In this document: positions 1 through 9,151 of the stretch, piece after piece
Position numbering within the stretch: the stretch's first letter is position 1
How the letters are laid out: every line of letters begins with the position of its first letter
Source: a virus
Lineage: Duplodnaviria > Caudoviricetes
IMG/VR virus record: IMGVR_UViG_3300011113_000104
Span: 1 to 25,354 of that record
Reading direction: 5' to 3' (one strand)
Length of the DNA: 25,354 bases
Translations under genes and position numbers: made by a program
Notes under the pieces: generated by a model
Told to the model about the DNA's origin: nothing
Database searches by the model: none
What the model saw: only the letters and a program-made list of their open reading frames with translations

Positions 1-1
1 T

Positions 2-2221
2 TTTGTTTACAGACAAACAACACAAGTATTTCGTGATGTTAGTGGCTGGTATCACATTGTTTTAGCAATTGATACAACTCAAGCAACAGCAAGTAATCGC
101 ATAAAACTGTATGTAAACGGAACACAGGTTACTGCTTTTGCTACTAGTTCAGACCCAACACAAAATACAGACTTTCCAATTAACGCAGCTTCATCTCATA
201 CCTTGGGCCGAGATACTTCTCAAGGAGTATACTTCAACGGCTACATGACCGAGGTTTACTTCATAGACGGTCAAGCCTTAACGCCATCCTCATTTGGTGA
301 AACAGATTCAGCAACAGGTGTATGGAAGCCTAAAGCCTACTCTGGCACATACGGTACTAACGGGTTCTACCTCAAGTTTGCAGACAACTCAGGAACTACT
401 AGCACAACGCTAGGCAAGGACAGTTCAGGCAACGGTAACAACTGGACACCTAATAACTTCTCTGTAACCGCTGGTGTAGGTAATGACTCCTTAGTAGATT
501 CGCCCACATCCTATGGAACCGATACTGGTGTTGGTGGTGAGGTGCGTGGAAATTACTGCACCATGAACCCTTTGACGGTTCCAACATTACCAACCCTTGC
601 CAATGGAAATTTAGACGTATCGGTATCTGCTACTGGTGTAAAAATAGCGCAAGGAACATTTCAGTTTCCATCAAGCGGTAAGTGGTATTACGAATGTACG
701 TTTAATAACGCATCTTCTGGCGTTAATGGTATGTTCATTGGCATTACATCTCCAACCAGAGGGCCAAACGTAACACGTTCTACCGCAGGAGCATATTTCT
801 TTTATGCCTCTAGTTCTGGATTGTTAAATAGCAACGGAACCGATGTTGTCTCAGGTCTTTCTACAATCTCTGCCAATGAAGTATTTAAGGTAGCGGTAGA
901 TATTGACAACAGCAAGGTTTGGATTGGACGAGGAAGTACTTGGTATAACTCAAGTGGTGGAACTACTGGTGACCCCGCTGCTGGGACTAACCCAACATTC
1001 TCTATTAGTGCTAGTGGCTTAACCCCCATGTCTGGCTTTGATGCGTCTAGCGTTAGCCTGTCCATGAACTTTGGACAGAGAACATGGGCGCAGACTTGCC
1101 CCTCTGGCTTCAAAGCGTTATGCACACAGAATCTGCCTACGCCAACAATAGGTACAACTAGCACAACACAGGCGAATGATTACTTTAATGCTGTGTTGTA
1201 TACAGGTAACGGCGGCACTCAAACGGTGAGTGGTGTTGGATTTCAGCCTGATTTTGTTTGGGCAAAAGGAAGAAGCGTTGCCTATTCAAACCGTCTTTAT
1301 GATGTAATTCGTGGTGCTACTAATTCTTTGGTGTCAAATAATACTGATGGAGAAGCAACTCTAACAACCCAACTTACTGCGTTTGCGTCTGATGGGTTTA
1401 CCCTTGGAAGCGATGTTGGTCTGAATCAATCATCAGCAACTTATGTCGCATGGAACTGGAAAGCGGGTAGCTCTAATGTCACTAACACGTCTGGCACTAT
1501 AACAAGTACGGTAAGAGCAAACACTACTAGCGGATTCTCGATTGTTACTTATACGGGTAACGGTACAAATGGAGCAACAATTGGACATGGTCTTGGCAAC
1601 ACACCAAAAATGTTCATCACTAAAAATCGTAACGGATACAATTCATCTAATGGTTTTAATGACTGGTCTGTATATCATGTAAATTCACCTGTTTACACTG
1701 GTGGGGCGGCAATAGATGGAACTGCAAGACAGGCTTTGTGGTTACACCTAACTGCTGCCGCTAGTAACGGTGTTGGTGGTTTTCCAAAAGGGCCAACAAG
1801 TACGGTGTTTACACCAAACCAATCGGCGTATGACAACGCTTCTGGTCAAACCTATGTTGCCTATTGCTTTGCCGAAGTTGCTGGGTTTAGTGCCTTTGGT
1901 GGTTATTCTGGTAATAGTTCTGCGGATGGGCCGTTTGTCTATACAGGATTTAGACCGAGATATGTGTTGATTAAAAGTGCGTCTGGAGGTTCTGGTTCTT
2001 GGGATATACACGATACCGCTCGGTCTCCTTATAACGTAATGCAAGCACAATTGTATGCTGATCAGAGTGCGTCAGAAGCGTCTAATAGTGTTCAGATTTT
2101 GGATGCACTTTCTAACGGTTTCAAAATTCGTGGTTCATCAGGAGACATGAACCTTAGTGGCGCAACTTATATCTACGCTGCCTTTGCCGAATCACCATTT
2201 AAGTATTCTCTTGCGAGGTAA
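2..2221 (+). CDS. Tail fibre / receptor-binding protein with ConA/LamG-like and SPRY-like domains (5' partial)
   Basis: The frame is open from position 2 (FVYRQTTQVFRDVSGWYHIVLAIDTTQ...KLYVNG, LamG-like), so the TTG at 203 is not the true start. It has a SPRY-like GKWYYE motif, three C-terminal repeats (FNAVLYTGNG / FSIVTYTGNG / FSAFGGYSGN) and a G/S/T/N-rich composition. Confidence 0.8.
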   Translation, partial: FVYRQTTQVFRDVSGWYHIVLAIDTTQATASNRIKLYVNGTQVTAFATSSDPTQNTDFPINAASSHTLGRDTSQGVYFNGYMTEVYFIDGQALTPSSFGETDSATGVWKPKAYSGTYGTNGFYLKFADNSGTTSTTLGKDSSGNGNNWTPNNFSVTAGVGNDSLVDSPTSYGTDTGVGGEVRGNYCTMNPLTVPTLPTLANGNLDVSVSATGVKIAQGTFQFPSSGKWYYECTFNNASSGVNGMFIGITSPTRGPNVTRSTAGAYFFYASSSGLLNSNGTDVVSGLSTISANEVFKVAVDIDNSKVWIGRGSTWYNSSGGTTGDPAAGTNPTFSISASGLTPMSGFDASSVSLSMNFGQRTWAQTCPSGFKALCTQNLPTPTIGTTSTTQANDYFNAVLYTGNGGTQTVSGVGFQPDFVWAKGRSVAYSNRLYDVIRGATNSLVSNNTDGEATLTTQLTAFASDGFTLGSDVGLNQSSATYVAWNWKAGSSNVTNTSGTITSTVRANTTSGFSIVTYTGNGTNGATIGHGLGNTPKMFITKNRNGYNSSNGFNDWSVYHVNSPVYTGGAAIDGTARQALWLHLTAAASNGVGGFPKGPTSTVFTPNQSAYDNASGQTYVAYCFAEVAGFSAFGGYSGNSSADGPFVYTGFRPRYVLIKSASGGSGSWDIHDTARSPYNVMQAQLYADQSASEASNSVQILDALSNGFKIRGSSGDMNLSGATYIYAAFAESPFKYSLAR

Positions 2222-2223
2222 TT

Positions 2224-2745
2224 ATGTTTCAACTAAACGGTAATCCCATATCAATCGACTCTGAACAAATCATCGGTGGTATACGCTATCCGCACCTGCG
2301 TGACCCTGCCCTGCGCGAGCAGTTAGGCGTGACTGAGGTAGCAGACCCAGAGCAGTATGACCAGCGGTTCTACTGGGCCGCAGGCTTGCCAAAGCTGCTA
2401 GATGATAGAGAAGAATCTGACGAGGAAGGTAATCCTCTCTACGTCAAGGTCTTGGGCGTGGTCAACGGTGAGCCTGCGATGGTGGACTCCACAGAGCGTC
2501 TAGTTACCAAAGGACTCAAGAGCCAATGGACTGCACAGGTCAAGGACACGGCTGGCAAGATGCTTGCCCAGACCGACTGGTATGTATGGCGTAAGTTTGA
2601 AAGAAACATCGATGTGCCTGCTTCAGTGGCTACGAAGAGAGCCGCTATCGTTGCTGAGTGCGATAGGCTTGAAGCTGCTATCGCTGCCTGTGCAGATGTA
2701 GAGGCATTGATTGGGGTTATTAGTAATCAAAACTGGGGTGAATAA
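2224..2745 (+). CDS. Putative tail fibre assembly chaperone
   Basis: Lies directly after the fibre gene. The C-terminal 'MLAQTDWYVWR...R..IV' motif resembles phage tail fibre assembly proteins. Confidence 0.6.
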   Translation: MFQLNGNPISIDSEQIIGGIRYPHLRDPALREQLGVTEVADPEQYDQRFYWAAGLPKLLDDREESDEEGNPLYVKVLGVVNGEPAMVDSTERLVTKGLKSQWTAQVKDTAGKMLAQTDWYVWRKFERNIDVPASVATKRAAIVAECDRLEAAIAACADVEALIGVISNQNWGE

Positions 2746-2912
2746 TGTCATCAGCAGACCAAGTTAAAGGACAACTTGATACCCATGAGGCAGTATGCGC
2801 TGAACGCTATGCAGGCATCAACGCTAGGCTAAAGAGATTAGAACAGATCCTGCTTGGGACTACTGGTTTTATCGTAGTTCTATTGCTCAGCTTAGTTCTT
2901 AAGATAGGTTAA
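2745..2912 (+). CDS. 55-aa coiled-coil plus C-terminal TM protein (XhlA/holin-like)
   Basis: Not in the ORF track. TAATG overlap with the upstream stop; translates to MSSADQVKGQLDTHEAVCAERYAGINARLKRLEQILLGTTGFIVVLLLSLVLKIG and fills the gap exactly. Confidence 0.75.
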   Translation: MSSADQVKGQLDTHEAVCAERYAGINARLKRLEQILLGTTGFIVVLLLSLVLKIG

Positions 2913-2913
2913 T

Positions 2914-3261
2914 ATGAGTAGACGAGTATCCGCTGCAGCAACTAGGACCAGTGCTACTAAGGTAACGCTGTTAACTGTACCTACCAAGAACACTGGTGTA
3001 TGGCAGGTGATGTATATTATTAGCACCTCTGGTGTTGATAGCCCACAGGTATTCTGGTATGACAAGTCTGCCAATGTAGAGTACAAGGTAGTTGGCGGTA
3101 AGAACTTAAATGCTGGTGATTATATTCTGCTAGACGGTAACGCTGCGGTTATCATGCAGGAAGGTGATGAGATTCGGGTTCAGAATAGTGGTACAAATTC
3201 TGTAACCTACATAGCAACAGTAGAGTTTGTACCTGAAACTGCAGTTCAATTCCAATATTAA
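2914..3261 (+). CDS. Hypothetical beta-rich protein, possibly virion-associated
   Basis: 115-aa ORF tightly packed in the late operon, with an alternating beta-strand pattern. Confidence 0.65.
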   Translation: MSRRVSAAATRTSATKVTLLTVPTKNTGVWQVMYIISTSGVDSPQVFWYDKSANVEYKVVGGKNLNAGDYILLDGNAAVIMQEGDEIRVQNSGTNSVTYIATVEFVPETAVQFQY

Positions 3262-3270
3262 GGAGACGTT

Positions 3271-3438
3271 ATGCCAATGGTAGACGGAAAGAAATACCCT
3301 TATACTAAGAAGGGCAAACAAGCAGCAGCATCGGCAAAGATCAGCAAGCTGCGTAAAGAAGGTATGCCTCAGAAACAGGCCATAGCTGTTGGCCTATCAA
3401 TGGCAGGATTAGCTAAGAAGAAGAAAGCTAAGAAATGA
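3271..3438 (+). CDS. 55-aa lysine-rich basic microprotein
   Basis: Not in the ORF track. SD AAGGAG upstream; MPMVDGKKYPYTKKGKQAAASAKISKLRKEGMPQKQAIAVGLSMAGLAKKKKAKK, with a KQAIAVGLS motif seen in small phage proteins. Confidence 0.75.
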   Translation: MPMVDGKKYPYTKKGKQAAASAKISKLRKEGMPQKQAIAVGLSMAGLAKKKKAKK

Positions 3439-3581
3439 AACAAGGACTCTACTCTAACATCTGGGCCAAGCGTAAGCGGATAGCTGAGGGATCTGGTGAG
3501 AAGATGCGTAAGGTCGGCTCCAAAGGCGCTCCTACAGCTAAGGCATTTAAACAAGCTAAGAAGACTGCGAAGAAAAAATAA
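3435..3581 (+). CDS. 48-aa lysine-rich basic microprotein
   Basis: Not in the ORF track. ATGA overlap upstream and TAATG overlap downstream; MKQGLYSNIWAKRKRIAEGSGEKMRKVGSKGAPTAKAFKQAKKTAKKK. Confidence 0.75.
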   Translation: MKQGLYSNIWAKRKRIAEGSGEKMRKVGSKGAPTAKAFKQAKKTAKKK

Positions 3582-3826
3582 TGGTAAAGAAAGTATATCA
3601 GAACCCAGAAGGTGGCTTAAACGCCAAAGGCAGGGCATACTTTAAAGCTAAGGAAGGTGCTAACCTGAAGCCTCCAGTGTCATCTAAAGAGGCTGCTAAG
3701 TCTCCTAAGAAGGCAGCTAGGAGGAAGTCTTTCTGTGCTCGTATGAGTGGTGTACCGGGGCCTATGAAGGATGAGAAGGGCAGACCAACTCGCAAGGCTC
3801 TGGCATTAAGGAAATGGGATTGCTAA
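3581..3826 (+). CDS. 81-aa basic protein (DUF6321-like, RRKSFCARM...W.C motif)
   Basis: Translationally coupled ORF carrying GGLNAKGR, RRKSFCARMSG and RKALALRKWDC motifs. Confidence 0.7.
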   Translation: MVKKVYQNPEGGLNAKGRAYFKAKEGANLKPPVSSKEAAKSPKKAARRKSFCARMSGVPGPMKDEKGRPTRKALALRKWDC

Positions 3827-4483
3827 ATGGCAAACAAAACTTATCTAGAATTAGTTAATGATGTGTTAGTTAGACTTCGTGAGAACGAGGTTACTTCCGT
3901 CAATGACACTACCTACTCCAAGCTTATTAGCAAGTTTGTTAATGACGCTAAGAGACAGGTAGAGGATGCATACAACTGGAATGCACTGTCTGAGACCTTA
4001 ACTGTCTCTACCACGGCTAACTTGTTTAACTATGTTATGACTGGTGCTGGTATTCGATTCAGGATCTTTGACGTACTGAATGACACAAGTAACTGGTTTA
4101 TGGAGAATGCTTCTACCAGTGACATGAATAATTGGTTCCTTAATCAGGCTCCTGAGTTAGGTTCTCCTCGTTACTTTAACTTTAACGGAGTAGACTCTAA
4201 CGGAGACACACAGGTAGACCTATATCCGATTCCTAATGGTACATATACCCTTAACTTTAACATCATTAAACCACAAGCAGAGCTAGCACTAAACAGCACT
4301 CAGATCAAGGTTCCAGCAGAGCCAGTTATCTTCTTGGCCTATGCTAAAGCCTTGGCAGAGCGTGGAGAAGACGGTGGACTAAGCAGCTCTGAGGCTTACG
4401 GATTATATCAAACCTCCTTAGCAGACCATGTAGCTAACGAGGGCAACCACTATCCAGATGAATTTACTTGGGATGCTGTCTAA
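3827..4483 (+). CDS. Tail tubular protein A / head-tail adaptor (T7 gp11-like)
   Basis: N-terminal 'TYLELVNDVLVRLRE' helix, a size of 218 aa, and position immediately before the nozzle gene. Confidence 0.7.
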   Translation: MANKTYLELVNDVLVRLRENEVTSVNDTTYSKLISKFVNDAKRQVEDAYNWNALSETLTVSTTANLFNYVMTGAGIRFRIFDVLNDTSNWFMENASTSDMNNWFLNQAPELGSPRYFNFNGVDSNGDTQVDLYPIPNGTYTLNFNIIKPQAELALNSTQIKVPAEPVIFLAYAKALAERGEDGGLSSSEAYGLYQTSLADHVANEGNHYPDEFTWDAV

Positions 4484-6336
4484 TGGCTTCACCTTCGCAG
4501 ACCGCTAGTATTGCAGCACCGGGATTCTTTGGACTAAACATCCAAGAGTCTGCAGTGTCGTTGTCTTCTGGCTTTGCGCTAGAGGCTAACAACTGCGTCA
4601 TTGACCGCTATGGTCGTATTGGTGCTAGACGTGGCTGGACTCCTGTGAACTCTTCGGTTAATGCAGACTTAGGCGCTGCTAACCCAGTAGAGTTTATGTT
4701 TGAGTTAACTGACAACGGATCTAGTCAGTTCATCAGTGCTGGTAACAATAGACTGTTTACTGGTACTACTACTATGACTACTAGGGCTGTACGCAATCAG
4801 GCTAACAGTGCAGACCTAACATACACGATTACTGGTAACAACTGGCAAGGGGCTGCTATGCCCTACGGTGATGGTGTCGATGCAGAGCCTCATGCCTATC
4901 TGGTCCAGACTGGTCACCCTATGCTGGCCTACCATAGACTACCAAGTCCCGGCACGGGTGCTACTTTCACAGTCTCTACTGTCTCTAGCGGCGCTATCAC
5001 TGCCCTGACAGTAACTGCTGCTGGCTCAGGATACAATGTAGGAGACATCCTTACTCTGTCTGGTGGAACTACTGCTGCTACAGTCACTGTGGCTACCTTG
5101 TCTGGCACTGGTGTAGCTACTGTAACGATTACCACAGGTGGTGCTGGTTACTCTGTCTCTAACGCCCTGACAAGCACAGTGACAACCATAGCTAATCCAC
5201 ACTCTCACACAGGTTCATACGGCTTCCAGAGGCTTGGTGACATAGGGACAATGCCTACGGGGTATTCTGTTGGTGACTTCGCCCCTAACTGCGCTTTAGC
5301 GGCCTATGGACGTATCTGGGTAGCAGACATAGCAGGAGACCCACAGACGGTCTACTTTAGTCGCTTACTGGACGGATCAGACTTCCAAGGTGGGGACTCT
5401 GGTTCTCTGTCCTTAAACTCTGTCTTTCCTAACACAGACAAGATAGTAGCTATTGCAGCGCACAACGGATTCCTTATTATCTTTGGTCGTAATAACATTG
5501 CTGTATATGCTAATCCTGTGGATGTTACAACACTGGTCTTAGCAGACTTCATCCCTAATGTTGGTTGTATCGCTAGGGATTCTGTGCAGAGCACTGGTAC
5601 GGACATCATCTTCTTGTCTGACTCTGGTATCCGTAGTCTTCAAAGGGTTATTCAGGAGAAGTCTCTACCTATGCGAGATATCTCCAAGAATGTACGAGAT
5701 GACCTTATGTCTAGTGTGGCCTCTGAGACAGCGGCTAACATCAAGTCTGTTTACTATGATAGGGATGCCTTTTACCTCCTTAGCCTGCCTATCACCAAGT
5801 CAGTGTACTGCTTTGACATGAGGACTCCTTTGCAGGACGGGGCAGCTAGGGTGACTACTTGGACCAGTATTGAGCCTAAGTCCTTTATAGTGACTAACTC
5901 TAAAGACCTTTACATTGGCAAACCCGGATATATTGGTAAGTACTACGGTCATGCAGACAATGGGGCTGAGTATCGGTTTAGCTACTATACCAACTACTTT
6001 GACTTTGATCAACCCACCTTAGAAAAGATCATGAAGCAGATTGGCTTTGTGGTTATTGGCGGTTCTAACCAAAACGTGGCTGTCAAGTGGGGCTTCGATT
6101 ATAACGAAAATTACTTTGCTTTTACAAAAAGACTTGACACGGCAGTAGTTTACGAGTATAATATAGGTGAATATAATATTGCTGAGTTCTCAGACGGAAT
6201 TGTATTGGACAAGTTCAAGATACAGGCTGGAGGTACAGGCTCTGTTATGCAGATTGGACTAGAGGCTGAGATCAATGGTAACCCTATCTCTATTCAGAGG
6301 ATTGACGTATATATTAAACAAGGAAAACAAGCATGA
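4483..6336 (+). CDS. Tail tubular protein B / nozzle (P22 gp10-, T7 gp12-like beta-propeller)
   Basis: The true start is probably ATG 4483 (TAATG overlap) rather than 4468. Motifs include 'PGFFGLN', 'VGCIARDSVQ', 'IIFLSDSGIRSL' and 'DISKNV'; about 617 aa. Confidence 0.75.
   Translation: MASPSQTASIAAPGFFGLNIQESAVSLSSGFALEANNCVIDRYGRIGARRGWTPVNSSVNADLGAANPVEFMFELTDNGSSQFISAGNNRLFTGTTTMTTRAVRNQANSADLTYTITGNNWQGAAMPYGDGVDAEPHAYLVQTGHPMLAYHRLPSPGTGATFTVSTVSSGAITALTVTAAGSGYNVGDILTLSGGTTAATVTVATLSGTGVATVTITTGGAGYSVSNALTSTVTTIANPHSHTGSYGFQRLGDIGTMPTGYSVGDFAPNCALAAYGRIWVADIAGDPQTVYFSRLLDGSDFQGGDSGSLSLNSVFPNTDKIVAIAAHNGFLIIFGRNNIAVYANPVDVTTLVLADFIPNVGCIARDSVQSTGTDIIFLSDSGIRSLQRVIQEKSLPMRDISKNVRDDLMSSVASETAANIKSVYYDRDAFYLLSLPITKSVYCFDMRTPLQDGAARVTTWTSIEPKSFIVTNSKDLYIGKPGYIGKYYGHADNGAEYRFSYYTNYFDFDQPTLEKIMKQIGFVVIGGSNQNVAVKWGFDYNENYFAFTKRLDTAVVYEYNIGEYNIAEFSDGIVLDKFKIQAGGTGSVMQIGLEAEINGNPISIQRIDVYIKQGKQA
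6134..6162 (+). promoter_or_regulatory. Perfect sigma70 consensus promoter inside the nozzle gene
   Basis: TTGACA (6134-6139), 17-nt spacer, TATAAT (6157-6162); an A-tract lies upstream. Confidence 0.65.
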
Positions 6337-7004
6337 GTAACTATGTAAAAGCTACTAACTTTGCTGTCAAAGATGGCCTAGCCTCTGGCAACCCTTCTAA
6401 GATCATCAAGGGTACAGAGATTGATACTGAGTACAATGCTATTGCCTCTGCTGTGTCTTCTAAAGCAGACCTAAATAGCCCTACCTTCACAGGTACGCCA
6501 GCAGGCCCTACAGCTTCCTCTGGTACTAATACTACTCAGCTAGCCACTACAGCCTTTGTAACCACTGCTATAGCCGCTGCTACGGCTGCCCTAGTACCCT
6601 CTGGTATGATCATGATTTGGTCAGGCTCAGTAGCCTCTATACCGTCTGGGTGGACGCTCTGTAACGGATCAAACAGTACTCCAGACCTGCGGGATAAGTT
6701 TGTTGTAGGCGCTGGATCAACTTACGCTGTAGGTAATACAGGTGGTTCTGCAAATGCTGTTGTAGTAAGCCATACTCACACCGCTACAGTGACAGACCCC
6801 GGTCACTTACACTCAATAGCTGCTGGTAGAAATACTGGTGCAGGCTTGGTTGGCGGTGGTGGAAATGCGTTAGATGCTAATTTAACTAGCAACACAGGTT
6901 CTAACACAACAGGTATTAGTGTTGGAATTAGTACTACTGGCTCGTCAGGCAACAACGCTAACCTGCCACCGTACTATGCTCTTTGCTACATTATGAAGAC
7001 CTGA
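6333..7004 (+). CDS. Short tail fibre / needle protein with phage tail collar domain
   Basis: Collar motif 'PSGMIMIWSGSVASIPSGWTLCNGSNSTPDLRDKFVVGAG', HTH/HLH metal-site motifs and the 'NLPPYYALCYIMK' terminus. Confidence 0.8.
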   Translation: MSNYVKATNFAVKDGLASGNPSKIIKGTEIDTEYNAIASAVSSKADLNSPTFTGTPAGPTASSGTNTTQLATTAFVTTAIAAATAALVPSGMIMIWSGSVASIPSGWTLCNGSNSTPDLRDKFVVGAGSTYAVGNTGGSANAVVVSHTHTATVTDPGHLHSIAAGRNTGAGLVGGGGNALDANLTSNTGSNTTGISVGISTTGSSGNNANLPPYYALCYIMKT

Positions 7005-7288
7005 TGTATAAGTTTCCAGTAGTAAATAGACAAGAATATATAATGTACTTGGAGTTGTTTAGTAACTTATACTGGCTTCATACTGATGTGTTTAAGTGGT
7101 CAAAAGAAACAAAGAAACATTATATTAAAGATTTAAACCAGCTTCAATCACTACTCAATGCTCCTCTGTATGGCTTAGTAGATAATGATAAGTTAGGGAA
7201 GTTTGGAGAAACACTAGGTTTTAGATACATTAAAGACTTATTAGGGAATGACGGACAAATGTATAAGATATATACGAGGAGTTTATAA
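7004..7288 (+). CDS. Small GNAT-fold-like virion assembly protein (T7 gp13 / P22 gp14 position)
   Basis: Likely start at ATG 7004 (TGATG overlap). 'NDKLGKFGETLGF' resembles GNAT motif B, and the gene sits between the tail and ejection genes. Confidence 0.5.
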   Translation: MYKFPVVNRQEYIMYLELFSNLYWLHTDVFKWSKETKKHYIKDLNQLQSLLNAPLYGLVDNDKLGKFGETLGFRYIKDLLGNDGQMYKIYTRSL

Positions 7289-8328
7289 TGGGTAAGTTTA
7301 TTGGCGGTATAACTGATGCTGTAGGCTTAACAGATATCAAAGGCACACAGCAACGAGGAGAACAAGCCGCTGCTGCTCAACGTGAAGCTGCGTTAAGAGG
7401 TGCTCAGGTATCTGCATTTAGACCAGTCGGGATGACTTCTCGATTTGGTACTGGGCAGTTTGACATCACAGATGTTGGTGGTGTTCCTCGTGTTACTGGA
7501 GCCAGCTACACGGTAGCGCCTGAGCTACAAGCCCTACAGAACCAGATAATGGGTTTAACAGGAGGTGCTGTCACCACTGCTCAAGAAGCTCAGATGGCTG
7601 CTCAGCCTCTAGGGGCTGCTGCTCAACGGCTATTTAATCTTGGTGGTCAGTATATCTCTGAGTCTCCAGAGGCTGCTCGTCAGCGTATCTTTACTCAACT
7701 ACAAGAAGCAAGACTACCAACACAACTACAAGAAGAACAAAGACTAGCGTCTGGCGCATTTGGTCGTGGGCGTGCTGGTTTAAACATTGGTGGCATGGGT
7801 CAGCCTGAACTCTATACTTTGGCTCGTGCTCGTGAAGCACAACGTGCTCAAGATATTGTCTCAGCAGAACAGCAAGCACAGCAACAGGTTCAGTTTGGTG
7901 GTGGTTTATTTGGATTAGGCGCTCAACAACTTGGGCAGCAGTATGCTATCCCGACACAGGCTCTTGGTCCTCTACAGTCTTACCTCGGTACTGTTGGTAC
8001 TATTGAAGAGCTTGGTCAGCAACCGTTTAAACTAGGCTTACAAGTTGGAGGTGCTGCTCAGTCTGGCGCTAATGTTGGTTCTCAGTTATTGCAGTCTGGT
8101 TTGTCTAGTGCTGCTACTACTCAGCAGCGTGCTGGTGATGCTGCCTCTGCACAGCTTACTAACTTTATGAATCAAGCATTAGGTGCTGCTGTTGGCGGTT
8201 TTACTGGTGGTTTTGGTGGTTTTGGAGGAGGCGGGGGGCCTACAGTATATAGTGGATATGGAGCAACATCACCATATCAAGCTACGGGTAATCCATTTGG
8301 TTCTACATATGGAATGTTTAATAGATAA
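7288..8328 (+). CDS. Internal virion / DNA ejection protein 1
   Basis: G/A/Q-rich helical protein with a glycine-rich hydrophobic C-terminal segment; first of four large genes after the tail module. Confidence 0.65.
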   Translation: MGKFIGGITDAVGLTDIKGTQQRGEQAAAAQREAALRGAQVSAFRPVGMTSRFGTGQFDITDVGGVPRVTGASYTVAPELQALQNQIMGLTGGAVTTAQEAQMAAQPLGAAAQRLFNLGGQYISESPEAARQRIFTQLQEARLPTQLQEEQRLASGAFGRGRAGLNIGGMGQPELYTLARAREAQRAQDIVSAEQQAQQQVQFGGGLFGLGAQQLGQQYAIPTQALGPLQSYLGTVGTIEELGQQPFKLGLQVGGAAQSGANVGSQLLQSGLSSAATTQQRAGDAASAQLTNFMNQALGAAVGGFTGGFGGFGGGGGPTVYSGYGATSPYQATGNPFGSTYGMFNR

Positions 8329-8338
8329 GGACTAAGCT

Positions 8339-9151
8339 ATGGGAATGTCATCACAACAAATATTACAGAGTGATCCAGAGTATCTGCGTAGACAGATGGC
8401 TCAGCAAGAGATGCAACGTCTTAATCCTACAGGTGGTGCTGCAGGTGCTATTGGTGCATTGCTTGGCAGAGGTCTTGGAAATGTAGCTTCTGGACGTGGG
8501 TTCATGGATACTGGAGATGCAGGTCTTCGTAGGGTTTCAGAAGTTCAGCGTATCTTAAGTAGTGTTCCTTTTGATCCCCAGAATCCTGCAACATATTATG
8601 AATCAGTAGCTGCTGCTTTACAGCAAGGCGGTTATGGTGACTTAGCTCCTGAAGCTCTAAAGCAAGCAGCACAGGCAAGAACACAAGCTAAAGAACTTTC
8701 TCTAAGAGAACGTCAGATAGGTACTCAAGAAGCAGAAGTAGAGATAAAGAAAGCAAAAGCTACACAAGGCAATGTAACTAACTTTGTTACCAAGAAGGGT
8801 GATGCAATTATTGAAAAAGAAGGTAGGATGTATGTTCAGAAAGTTGATGATGATGGTGTAGTTTCTCTAGATCCTTATAAGAAAGCAATACATGGTGCGT
8901 TTGAAACTAAAGCAGATTATGCAGCAGCACAGGCTGCAGCAGGTGGAGTAGTTCGTCAGCCTATCGTTGACCCACGTACTGGCTTTACTACTGGGTACAT
9001 TATTCTTGATCGTAACGGAAATGAGATTCGCCGTGAGACATTTGGTGCTCAAGGTGCAGGCGCTGGTACGGCTCCTCAAGGAACTGGTGGTGGAGGCGCT
9101 GTGCCTAACATCTATCAACAAGAACTTGAAAGACGTTTAAAGAATAAATAA
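8339..9151 (+). CDS. Internal virion / DNA ejection protein 2
   Basis: SD AAGGA, a GxxxG-type segment (GAAGAIGALLGRGLG), a coiled coil, and synteny. Confidence 0.6.
   Translation: MGMSSQQILQSDPEYLRRQMAQQEMQRLNPTGGAAGAIGALLGRGLGNVASGRGFMDTGDAGLRRVSEVQRILSSVPFDPQNPATYYESVAAALQQGGYGDLAPEALKQAAQARTQAKELSLRERQIGTQEAEVEIKKAKATQGNVTNFVTKKGDAIIEKEGRMYVQKVDDDGVVSLDPYKKAIHGAFETKADYAAAQAAAGGVVRQPIVDPRTGFTTGYIILDRNGNEIRRETFGAQGAGAGTAPQGTGGGGAVPNIYQQELERRLKNK

Noticed and set aside
203-205. TTG start of the tail fibre as given in the ORF track
   Set aside because: The frame is open and protein-like back to position 2, so the gene starts outside the window.
1-2221. Diversity-generating retroelement target in the lectin-like fibre
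   Set aside because: No reverse transcriptase and no template/variable repeat pair are visible in the window.
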